From: Acidimicrobiales bacterium
Lineage (GTDB): Bacteria; Actinomycetota; Acidimicrobiia; Acidimicrobiales; CATQHL01
Reading direction: 5' to 3'
Length of the DNA stretch: 64,000 bases
Assembly: GCA_965237375.1 (NCBI GenBank)
Contig: CBDEFI010000001.1
Location: 448,509-512,508, forward strand
The position numbers and the translations under genes were made by a program. The notes beneath the pieces are model-generated. The model saw only the letters and a list, made by a program, of their open reading frames with translations. It did not search any database and was not told where the DNA came from. Shown here piece by piece: positions 43,175 through 50,885 of this stretch. Within the stretch, counting starts at the first letter, position 1, and every line of letters begins with the position of its first letter.

Positions 43175-43525
43175 ATGGCCGGCATCGTCGTGTACCACAA
43201 CCCTGGTTGAGGCAGTTCTCGCAGCACTCTCGAGTTGTTGCGGGAGCAGGACGTCGAGTTCGACGTCGTTCACTACCTCAAGGAACCTCCCAGCCGCGGC
43301 GACCTCGAAGGCCTACTGTCGCTGCTGCCCAACGAGCCGACAGACCTGGTACGGCGCGACAAGAACTTCAGCGATCTGGGGTTGAGCGACGAGGATGTCC
43401 GGAGCCCCGAACAGGTCGTGGACATCCTGGTGGCCCACCCGCGGCTCATGCAGCGCCCCGTGGTGGTGCGCGGCGAGCGTGCAGTCATCTCACGCCCCCC
43501 GAAAACCGTCCTGCAGTTGCTCTGA
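43175..43525 (+). CDS. ArsC-family (glutaredoxin-type arsenate-reductase-like) protein with in-frame TGA at the catalytic Cys position: candidate selenoprotein, or pseudogene
   Basis: Reads MAGIVVYHNPG-TGA(43208-43210)-GSSRSTLELLREQDVEFDVVHYLKEPPSR...HPRLMQRPVVV... in one frame, 116 codons. The track reports only the part after TTG 43235. Confidence 0.6.
43216..43246 (+). promoter_or_regulatory. SECIS-like stem-loop immediately downstream of the in-frame TGA
   Basis: An 11-bp stem pairs UUCUCGCAGCA (43216-43226) with UGUUGCGGGAG (43236-43246), with 8 Watson-Crick and 3 G-U pairs. The 9-nt loop is CUCUCGAGU, and the stem starts 5 nt after the UGA. Confidence 0.35.
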
Positions 43526-43581
43526 GGGTCGCCCGCCGGCATCGACCACCGGCCTGATGTGACGACCGGAACGAGGCGCGA

Positions 43582-44688
43582 GTGAACCAGCCGGAGGACA
43601 CCCCCACCCTGGTCGTGGAGGATCTGTGCACGTCGTTCGCCACCGACCGGGGCGAACTCAAGGCAGTGGAGGGCGTCTCCTTCACACTTCGCCGCGGCCG
43701 GACGCTGGGCGTGGTGGGTGAGTCCGGCTCAGGAAAGTCGGCCATGGCCCGCTCGGTCATGAATCTCCTGCCACCCGGCTCGTCCACGAGCAGCGGCCGG
43801 GTCGTCCTCGACGGCCGGGATCTCCGGAACCTGACCCGACGGGAGGCCCGGCACGTCTGGGGTGTGGAGTTGGCCATGGTCTTCCAGGATCCCATGACCT
43901 CGCTGAATCCGGTGATGCAGGTCGGTCGCCAGATCGGCGAGGGGCTCCGCTACCACCGCGGGCTCCACCGCCGGGCCGCCCAAATTCGGGCGCTGGAGTT
44001 GCTCGAGCGGGTGGGCATCGGCGACCCCGAGCGGCGGCTGCGGGAGTACCCGCACCAACTCTCCGGCGGGATGCGCCAGCGGGTCATGATCGCCATGGCC
44101 CTGGCCTGCGAGCCGAAGCTGCTGATCGCCGACGAACCCACCACGGCGCTGGACGTGACCGTGCAGAAGCAGATCCTGGACCTGCTGGACCGGCTCCGCC
44201 GGCGGCACCGGATGGCCATGATCCTCATCACGCACGACCTCAGCGTGGTGGCAGGACGCGCCGACGAGGTCGTCGTCATGTACGCCGGGAGGATCGTGGA
44301 GAAGGCGCCGACGGCGCGGCTGTTCACCGCCATGCGCCACCCGTACACGCAGGCACTGTTCGAGTCGATCCCTAAGATCGCCCAGGAGAGTCACACCCGC
44401 CTGCGGGTCATTCAGGGGCGCCCCCCCGACCTGAGCGCCCTCCCGGCGGGATGCGCCTTCGCCCCGCGCTGCGCGTCCGCGCAACCCCGGTGTCTGGACG
44501 AGGTCCCCGGACTCTCCGGCGACGGCGACGGCGGCACCGGGCACAGCTTCGCCTGCTTCTACCCGGCGGGGACCGAACGGGGCGAAGCCGCTCTGGCCGC
44601 CAACCGTGTAGCGGGCACGACGGCAGCGGGCCTGGCACTGACGGACCCGTCGGCCGATGTCGGCGCGATCACCACGGGCGCCCTCTGA
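43582..44688 (+). CDS. oligopeptide/dipeptide ABC transporter ATP-binding protein (OppD/DppD-like)
   Basis: Motifs GESGSGKS, YPHQLSGGMRQRVMIAMALACEPKLLIADEPTTALD and the C-terminal oligopeptide-type extension HPYT..L..S.P. Confidence 0.85.
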   Translation: MNQPEDTPTLVVEDLCTSFATDRGELKAVEGVSFTLRRGRTLGVVGESGSGKSAMARSVMNLLPPGSSTSSGRVVLDGRDLRNLTRREARHVWGVELAMVFQDPMTSLNPVMQVGRQIGEGLRYHRGLHRRAAQIRALELLERVGIGDPERRLREYPHQLSGGMRQRVMIAMALACEPKLLIADEPTTALDVTVQKQILDLLDRLRRRHRMAMILITHDLSVVAGRADEVVVMYAGRIVEKAPTARLFTAMRHPYTQALFESIPKIAQESHTRLRVIQGRPPDLSALPAGCAFAPRCASAQPRCLDEVPGLSGDGDGGTGHSFACFYPAGTERGEAALAANRVAGTTAAGLALTDPSADVGAITTGAL

Positions 44689-45779
44689 TGGCGGGCATCG
44701 GCACCGCTCACCTACGGCCGCCGGAGGAGGTGCTGCTGCGGGTCGTGGACATGGTCGTGGACTACCCCAGCCGCGGGCGCCGCACGGTCAGCGCCGTGAG
44801 CGGCGTCAGCTTCGACGTCGCCGAGGGCGAGACGCTGGGTCTGGTGGGTGAGTCCGGCTGCGGGAAGTCCACGACCGCCCGCGCCGTGCTACAACTTCCC
44901 CGGCCCACGTCCGGGCAGGTGATCTTCGACGGCGTTGATCTGACGACGCTGCGCGGCGAGGAACTGCGGCGGGTGCGCACGGGCGTGCAGATGATCTATC
45001 AGGATCCGATCGCCTCGCTGAACCCGCGCCGGCGGGTCGGCGACATCGTGCGCGAGGGGCTGGACATCTGGCCGGATCACCCTTACCGCGGTTCTGGCGG
45101 CAACGACGGCGACTCCGGCGGTGACGACGGCCCGTCGACCGAGCAACGGGTGCGCGCCGCCATGCGGAGCGTCGGTATGGATCTCGACGAGGTGGGCAGT
45201 CGCCGCCCGCACGAGTTCTCCGGCGGTCAGTGCCAGCGCATCTGCATCGCCCGCGCACTGGCGCTGAACCCACGGGTGCTGCTATGCGACGAGCCGGTGT
45301 CGGCGCTCGACGTCTCGATTCAGGCCCAGATCCTGAACCTGCTGGAGGACATGAAGGATCTCTACAGCCTGACCATGCTCTTCATCGCCCACGACCTGGC
45401 CGTCGTGAAGAACATCAGCGACCGGGTGTGCGTGATGTACCTGGGCAGGATCTGCGAGATCAGCCCCGTGGCGCAACTGTACAAGCAACCGGCGCACCCC
45501 TACACGGAGGCCCTGCTGGCCTCGATCCCCCAAGTCGACCAGCCCGAGGGCGGCGCGCAGGACGCGCTCAGCGGCGACCCGCCGTCACCCTTCGACGTGC
45601 CGTCGGGCTGCCGGTTCCGCACCCGCTGCCCGCGGGCCACCGAACTCTGTGCCGAGAAGGTCCCCGAGTTGCGCCCGGTCTCCCCGGGGCAGTTCGTCGC
45701 CTGCCACTTCCCCCTGACCGAGACCCCGCCGGACACCACCGGCCCCGCGGCGCTGCCCGCGGCCGCCTCTCCCTCCTAG
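44688..45779 (+). CDS. oligopeptide/dipeptide ABC transporter ATP-binding protein (OppF/DppF-like)
   Basis: ATG 44688 overlaps the OppD TGA by 1 nt. Motifs GESGCGKST, PHEFSGGQCQRICIARALALNPRVLLCDEPVSALD and HPYTEALLASIP. The track ORF starts further upstream (44451) inside oppD. Confidence 0.85.
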   Translation: MAGIGTAHLRPPEEVLLRVVDMVVDYPSRGRRTVSAVSGVSFDVAEGETLGLVGESGCGKSTTARAVLQLPRPTSGQVIFDGVDLTTLRGEELRRVRTGVQMIYQDPIASLNPRRRVGDIVREGLDIWPDHPYRGSGGNDGDSGGDDGPSTEQRVRAAMRSVGMDLDEVGSRRPHEFSGGQCQRICIARALALNPRVLLCDEPVSALDVSIQAQILNLLEDMKDLYSLTMLFIAHDLAVVKNISDRVCVMYLGRICEISPVAQLYKQPAHPYTEALLASIPQVDQPEGGAQDALSGDPPSPFDVPSGCRFRTRCPRATELCAEKVPELRPVSPGQFVACHFPLTETPPDTTGPAALPAAASPS

Positions 45780-45790
45780 CCCGCAACCGC

Positions 45791-45863
45791 ATGAGGGGCC
45801 GGCGCCCGGGCGAGCGCGAGTTCATCGCGCTCATGGCGGCCCTCACCGCCAGCACAGCCTTAG
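45791..45863 (+). pseudogene. 5' fragment (24 codons + 1 nt) of an MFS (Bcr/CflA-type) transporter gene cut by IS copy B
   Basis: Encodes MRGRRPGEREFIALMAALTASTAL-. It joins in frame to 47530.. (-GIDVMLPALGEIRTAF..) once the IS and one CTTAG copy are removed. Confidence 0.7.
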
Positions 45864-47524
45864 CCTGGATCCACCGATTTGGTGGGTGCGTTGAGGGTTG
45901 GGGGTCCGCGGAAGTGCCTCTCTGACCTGGGAGAATGGCCGGTAGTGATAGCGGCTTCGGCCCAGATCGAGGAGGCACTTCCTGTGAGTGGAGTATCGCG
46001 CAAGATTGACCGGTTCGGGGTGACCTTCGACGACGAGTCGTTGGTGGCCGACGCGGGGCTGGTGGTGGCGGCGACGTTGATGGATCGGTTGGGTTTGGAG
46101 TCTCTGGTTGATGAGACGGTGCGCTTGGGGGGCCGCGTCGGCGGCGCGTCTCCGGGGCGCAAGGTGTTGAGTTTGGTGGCGGCGATGCTGGTCGGCGCCA
46201 CCCATATCGATCACGTGAATCGTCTGCGCGCCGGGGCGACGCGCCGGGTGTTGGGATTCTCGGTGGCGGCGGCGTCGACGGTGGGGTCGTTGCTGCGTTC
46301 GTTCACGTGGGGTCACGTCCGGCAGTTGGACAAAGCCGCAGGTGTGGCGCTGGCGCGGGCGTGGGCCGCCGGCGGCGGCCCCGGGGAGGATCCGATGACC
46401 ATCGATGTGGACTCGACGATCTGTGAGGTGTCCGCCAAGACCAAAGCCGGCGCCGCCTACGGGCACACCCAACAGCTCGGTTATCACCCGCTCATCGCGA
46501 CCCGCGCCGAGACCGGCGAGACGCTGCACACCCGCCTGCGCAAGGGATCCTCCCAGAGAGGCAACGTGCACTTCATCGCCGAGACGGTCGCCCGCGCCCG
46601 CCGCGCCGGCGCGGCGGGCCAACTCACCGTGCGCGCCGACTCGGGGTTCTGGTCCAACGAACTCATCGACCGCCTCGACGCCGCCAAGGTGCGCTGGTCG
46701 GTCACGATCCCCCTGTATGGCCACGTCAAAGCCGCCATTGGTGCCATCGACGAAGACGACTGGGAGCCCATCCCCTACCGCGACGGCGGCGACGCGCAGG
46801 TCGCGGAGACCACCATCATCGCCGGCGGGCGCGACAACCGCCGCGACGTGCGCCTCGTCGTGCGGCGCACCCGCCTCACCGACAGCGCGCAGGCCGCGCT
46901 GTGGCCCGACTGGCGCCACCACGCCTTGGTCACCAACCGAGACGACCTCAACAGCGCCGCCGGCGACGCCTATCACCGCCAACACGCCACCGTCGAACTC
47001 GCCATCCGCGACCTCAAGGCGAGCACCGGACTGGCGCACCTGCCGTCGGGGAACTTCTTCGCCAACGCCGCCTGGCTGACCTGCGCCGCACTGGCCCACA
47101 ACCTCTACCGCTGGATCACCACACTCGCCGAAACCCACCCCACGGGACGTCTGCGCGTCGGGCGAACCGTCCGCAACCAACTCCTCGCTGTGCCCGGGCG
47201 CCTCGTCAACCACGCCGGACGCCCCGTCCTGCGCCTCCCCGCCCGATGGCCCTGGGCAACCACCTTCCACACCACCCTCACCAACATCCGCGCCCTACCC
47301 CAACTCTGCTGAGCCCCCACCAGAACACCCACCGCCCCACCGCCCCGGCGCCCTAGCGCGCCCCCACGCGCCCCAACACGCCCCCACGCGCCCCGAACCA
47401 CCCCAGCGCCCCCTCACCGGCGCCCCACACCGCCACCGGCGACCCCAACCAACACCCCACAACCCCAACCGCCCCAAAAACCACCCCAACACACCCCCCA
47501 CCAGCCCGAATCGGTGGATTCAGG
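45864..47524 (+). mobile_element. IS1380-family insertion sequence, copy B (1,661 bp), inverted relative to copy A
   Basis: Same IRs as copy A. Flanked by the 5-bp direct repeat CTTAG (45859-45863 and 47525-47529). All six-frame translations match copy A except in about 60 bp next to the transposase-proximal end. Confidence 0.85.
45945..47312 (+). CDS. IS1380-family DDE transposase (identical to copy A product)
   Basis: Same GTG-initiated 455-aa product as 38297..39664. The track ORF extends to TTG 45879 only because of substitutions in the subterminal region. Confidence 0.85.
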   Translation: MIAASAQIEEALPVSGVSRKIDRFGVTFDDESLVADAGLVVAATLMDRLGLESLVDETVRLGGRVGGASPGRKVLSLVAAMLVGATHIDHVNRLRAGATRRVLGFSVAAASTVGSLLRSFTWGHVRQLDKAAGVALARAWAAGGGPGEDPMTIDVDSTICEVSAKTKAGAAYGHTQQLGYHPLIATRAETGETLHTRLRKGSSQRGNVHFIAETVARARRAGAAGQLTVRADSGFWSNELIDRLDAAKVRWSVTIPLYGHVKAAIGAIDEDDWEPIPYRDGGDAQVAETTIIAGGRDNRRDVRLVVRRTRLTDSAQAALWPDWRHHALVTNRDDLNSAAGDAYHRQHATVELAIRDLKASTGLAHLPSGNFFANAAWLTCAALAHNLYRWITTLAETHPTGRLRVGRTVRNQLLAVPGRLVNHAGRPVLRLPARWPWATTFHTTLTNIRALPQLC

Positions 47525-48677
47525 CTTAGGCATCGACGTCATGCTGCCCGCGCTCGGCGAGATCAGGACCGCTTTCGGGCTGGCGGCGGACTCCACGACG
47601 GTGTCGTGGACCGTGACCCTCTACCTGCTGGGCCTGGGCTGCGCCCAACTCATCTTCGGACCCCTCGCCGACCGGTTCGGGCGCAAGCCGGCGCTGTGGG
47701 CCGGTCTCACCCTCTACGCGCTGGGAGCCGCCGGCGCCGCACTGGCTCCCTCGCTGGAGTTCCTGCTGGTGAGCCGCCTGCTCTGGGGCATCGGAGCAGC
47801 CTCACCGCGGGCCATGGCGCTGACAATCACGCGCGACGTCTACGTGGGCGACCGGATGGCTCGGGCGTTGTCGATGATCATGGCGGTGTTCATGATCGCC
47901 CCGATCCTGGGGCCGGGTATCGGCGAGTTGCTGCTGCTGAGCGGATCGTGGCGGTGGGTCTTCGGTTTCTCCGTACTGACGGCCACGGCACTGTGCCTAT
48001 GGGTGATCCGCCTCGACGAGACCCTGGATCCCCGCCACCGGATGTCCCTCGACGTGCGGCGCCTCACGGGGGCGTTCCGAGCCATCGTCGGCAACCGTGC
48101 CACGCTGGGATACGGCCTGGCGCTGACCTGCATGCTGGGGGCGTTCGTGGCCTACCTCGCCGGCTTGGAGTTGCTTTTCGACGACGTCTACGGCCGCGGT
48201 GGGCAGTTCGCCCTGCTATTCGGCGCAAGTGCGGCTGTCATGGCGCCCTCCGCTCTCAGCAGTATGCGGACCATCAGGGCACTGGGCGCCGAAGCGGTGA
48301 TGCACCGCGCCGTCGCCGTCTACATCGTCGTGGGGATCACGCTGGCGGTGGTGTCTCTCGCCGGCGGGGGTGCCCCGCCGTTCTGGCTCTGGTGGGCGCT
48401 GCTCACCGCCCTGAACGCCCTGCACGTGGTGATCGTCCCCATCTGCAACACCCTGGCGATGACCCCGATGGGCGAGATCGCCGGCACCGCCTCGGCTGTG
48501 ATCGGCGCCTTCTCGATGGGCGTCGGCTCCCTGCTGGCGTCGCTCACCACCCGATTCCTCCAGGGGTCGGTCACCCCGCTGTCGCTGGGATACCTCGGCT
48601 ACGGGACGTTGGCCGCCGTCTGCATCTTCTGGGCCGGCCGGCAGCATGGGGCGGCGCCAGAGGGGCGCGCCGGTTAG
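47525..48677 (+). pseudogene. remainder of the IS-interrupted MFS (Bcr/CflA-type) transporter gene
   Basis: ..GIDVMLPALGEIRTAFGL...GLGCAQLIFGPLADRFGRKPAL.. (MFS motif A region). Track ORF 47514..48677 starts at a GTG located inside the IS terminal repeat. Confidence 0.75.
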
Positions 48678-48686
48678 CTTTCGCCT

Positions 48687-49517
48687 ATGAGTTTCTCCGG
48701 GAAGTCCGTCATCGTGACCGGCGCCAGCCGGGGCGTGGGCAAGGCCATCGCCGTGGAGTTGGGGCGTCGGGGGGCACTGGTGGCGTGCGCCGCCCGCGCC
48801 AGCGCCGAGAACCCTCTCCGGTTGCCCGGCACGGTGGACGAGACCGCCCGCCTGGTGACCGAGGCCGGGGGCACCGGACTGGCCGTGCCCTGCGATCTGA
48901 CCGATGACGGCGACATCGCGCGCCTGTTCGACGTCACGCTCGAGCGTTTCGGCCGCCTCGACGTGCTGGTCAACAACGCCGCCGTGAGCTTCGGCGGCGA
49001 CATGGACATCGATCTGAAGCGCTACGACCTGCTCATGGGTATCAACGTGCGGGCGCCGCTGCTGGCCACCCGCCTGGCGCGCCCGCACCTGGCTGCGGCG
49101 TCCGGCGGGGGGCGCATCCTGAACGTGGGATCGGTGACCGCCACCGGCTACTTCCCCTCGATGATGACCTACGGCATGTCCAAGGCGGCTCTCGATCACC
49201 TGACGGTCACATCCGCGGCCGTCCTGCGTGCCGAGAACATCGCCGTCAACTGCTACCGGATCGACGTCCAGGTGGCGTCGGAGGGCTACGTGATGAACGC
49301 CCCCGACGCCGACCACTCCGCCTGGGCCGACACCGCCTCGGCGGCCGACGGGGCGGTCTGGATGCTCGGCCGGCCCGTCGGCTGGACCGGGCGCATCGTC
49401 CCGATGCTGGAACTGGCCGAGCACGTCCCCTCCATCGCCCGCCTGGGGCAGGAACCGTTCAAACCGTCGGGACGGTGGACCCTGACCGGAGCGCTCCGCG
49501 ACCCCCTCGACCGGTAG
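48687..49517 (+). CDS. SDR-family oxidoreductase
   Basis: Motifs GKSVIVTGASRGVGKAIAVELG, NNAA and YGMSKAAL. Confidence 0.8.
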   Translation: MSFSGKSVIVTGASRGVGKAIAVELGRRGALVACAARASAENPLRLPGTVDETARLVTEAGGTGLAVPCDLTDDGDIARLFDVTLERFGRLDVLVNNAAVSFGGDMDIDLKRYDLLMGINVRAPLLATRLARPHLAAASGGGRILNVGSVTATGYFPSMMTYGMSKAALDHLTVTSAAVLRAENIAVNCYRIDVQVASEGYVMNAPDADHSAWADTASAADGAVWMLGRPVGWTGRIVPMLELAEHVPSIARLGQEPFKPSGRWTLTGALRDPLDR

Positions 49518-49628
49518 CGCCGGCCGCCCGCCAGCGGTCGGAGCGCATCGGCGCCACGCACGGCGTACGGTGAGCCGATTGGGCTATTGTACATACATCT
49601 ATGCAAAGTAGATATATAAGTATAGTAG

Positions 49629-49640
49629 CATATGCATATG
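49629..49640. promoter_or_regulatory. perfect 12-nt palindrome CATATGCATATG overlapping the Fic start codon, inside an ~80-bp AT-rich tract
   Basis: Read directly. The surrounding 49570-49650 (..tgtacatacatctatgcaaagtagatatataagtatagtagcatatgcatatg..) is strikingly AT-rich for this window. Confidence 0.4.
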
Positions 49641-50816
49641 ATCTATACCACACCCGCCGTGAGCGGCCTTGACGAGACCGTCTTGGGCATGATCGATGAA
49701 CTCAGGGCCGAACTGCGGTTCTACCTGCACGAACCGCGACGCTGGAGCGGGTCGCTGCGTCGCGCCGCCTTTGCCGCGGCGGCGCAGGGATCACTGTCCA
49801 TCGAGGGGTACCGCGCGAGTGTGGAGAGCACCGCGGCGGTCATCGACGGCGAGGAGCCTCCCGAGGTGGACACTGCGACCCGTCAGGCCATCGCCGGCTA
49901 TCGCGACGCCATGACATGCGTGCTGCAAATGGCAACGGACTCGCCGGAGATCAACGCCCGGCTCCTGCAGTCGCTGCACTTCATGATGATGCGGCACGAT
50001 CTCAGCAAGAACCCCGGCCAGTGGCGCCCTGGCGCCGTGTGGATCAGCGACAGGAGTGGCCACGTCGTTTACGAAGCTCCCGCCCGCGATCTGCTGGAAC
50101 CCCTCGTGGAAGAGACGTTGACGCATATCGCCGGGAGCGACGCGCCTACTTCGGTGACCGCCGCCATGGCACACCTGAACCTCACGCTCGTACACCCGTT
50201 CAGCGACGGCAACGGACGCATGGCCCGATGCCTGCAGACCTTCGTTCTCGTCGGCGGCGGTCTCGGCTCACCGGCGTTCGTGAGCGTCGAGGAGTACCTG
50301 GGCGCCAACACCGCCGCGTATTACGAAGTCCTCGCCGAGGTGGGCGGCGGCGCATGGTCGCCGCAGAGCAGCGCACGGCCCTGGATCGAGTTCTGCCTTA
50401 CCGCCCACTACCGCCAGACGCTCGCACTGCGGCAACGCATCCGGGAAACCGAAGCGCTGTGGGACAGATGCGAACAACTCGTCGGGCGCCACGGGTTGGC
50501 GAACCGCTGCGTTGGCGGACTCGCCGACGCAGCCCGCGGCTGGACCCTGCGCCGAGCGCTCTACGTGAAGACAACCAAGCTCACCACCGGCGACGAGATC
50601 AGCGACAACACCGCCACGAGCGACCTCGCCGCCATGGTCTCCGCCGGTCTGCTGCGCCCCCTGGGGGAGAGACGCACCCGCACCTACGAAGCCACCGATG
50701 AACTGCGGTCCGTGTGGCAGCGGATCCACCTGCAAGGACCGCCCCCCGAGACGACCGATCCCTACGAACACTCCCGCAGCCGCAGCCAGGGACACCTCTC
50801 GCCGCCTCCCACATGA
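49632..50816 (+). CDS. Fic-family protein (AMPylase-type) with N-terminal inhibitory-helix motif and a C-terminal winged-helix-like tail
   Basis: Fic core motif HPFSDGNGRMAR (HxFx[DE]GNGRxxR). An upstream SLSIEG matches the [ST]xxxE[GN] auto-inhibition motif. Confidence 0.85.
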   Translation: MHMIYTTPAVSGLDETVLGMIDELRAELRFYLHEPRRWSGSLRRAAFAAAAQGSLSIEGYRASVESTAAVIDGEEPPEVDTATRQAIAGYRDAMTCVLQMATDSPEINARLLQSLHFMMMRHDLSKNPGQWRPGAVWISDRSGHVVYEAPARDLLEPLVEETLTHIAGSDAPTSVTAAMAHLNLTLVHPFSDGNGRMARCLQTFVLVGGGLGSPAFVSVEEYLGANTAAYYEVLAEVGGGAWSPQSSARPWIEFCLTAHYRQTLALRQRIRETEALWDRCEQLVGRHGLANRCVGGLADAARGWTLRRALYVKTTKLTTGDEISDNTATSDLAAMVSAGLLRPLGERRTRTYEATDELRSVWQRIHLQGPPPETTDPYEHSRSRSQGHLSPPPT

Positions 50817-50885
50817 AACGGACTGCGGCGGAGTGGCCGCTGGATGCGGTCATCGCGGCGCCCCGCAGTCACGCTGCGCCCGGCG

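Noticed and set aside
43235-43525. Accepting the track's 96-aa ORF (TTG start) as the complete ArsC-like gene
   Set aside because: The 60 nt upstream continue the same frame and encode the family's N-terminal active-site motif, interrupted only by the TGA. A product starting at 43235 would lack the catalytic loop, so it is kept only as the fallback pseudogene or re-initiation scenario.
38085-47524. Composite transposon formed by the two IS copies carrying the MBOAT, SGNH, ArsC-like and OppDF genes
   Set aside because: Each IS copy has its own matched 5-bp duplication (GTTAG/GTTAG and CTTAG/CTTAG). A composite insertion would instead give one duplication at the outer ends only. The outer and inner flanks here indicate two separate simple insertions.
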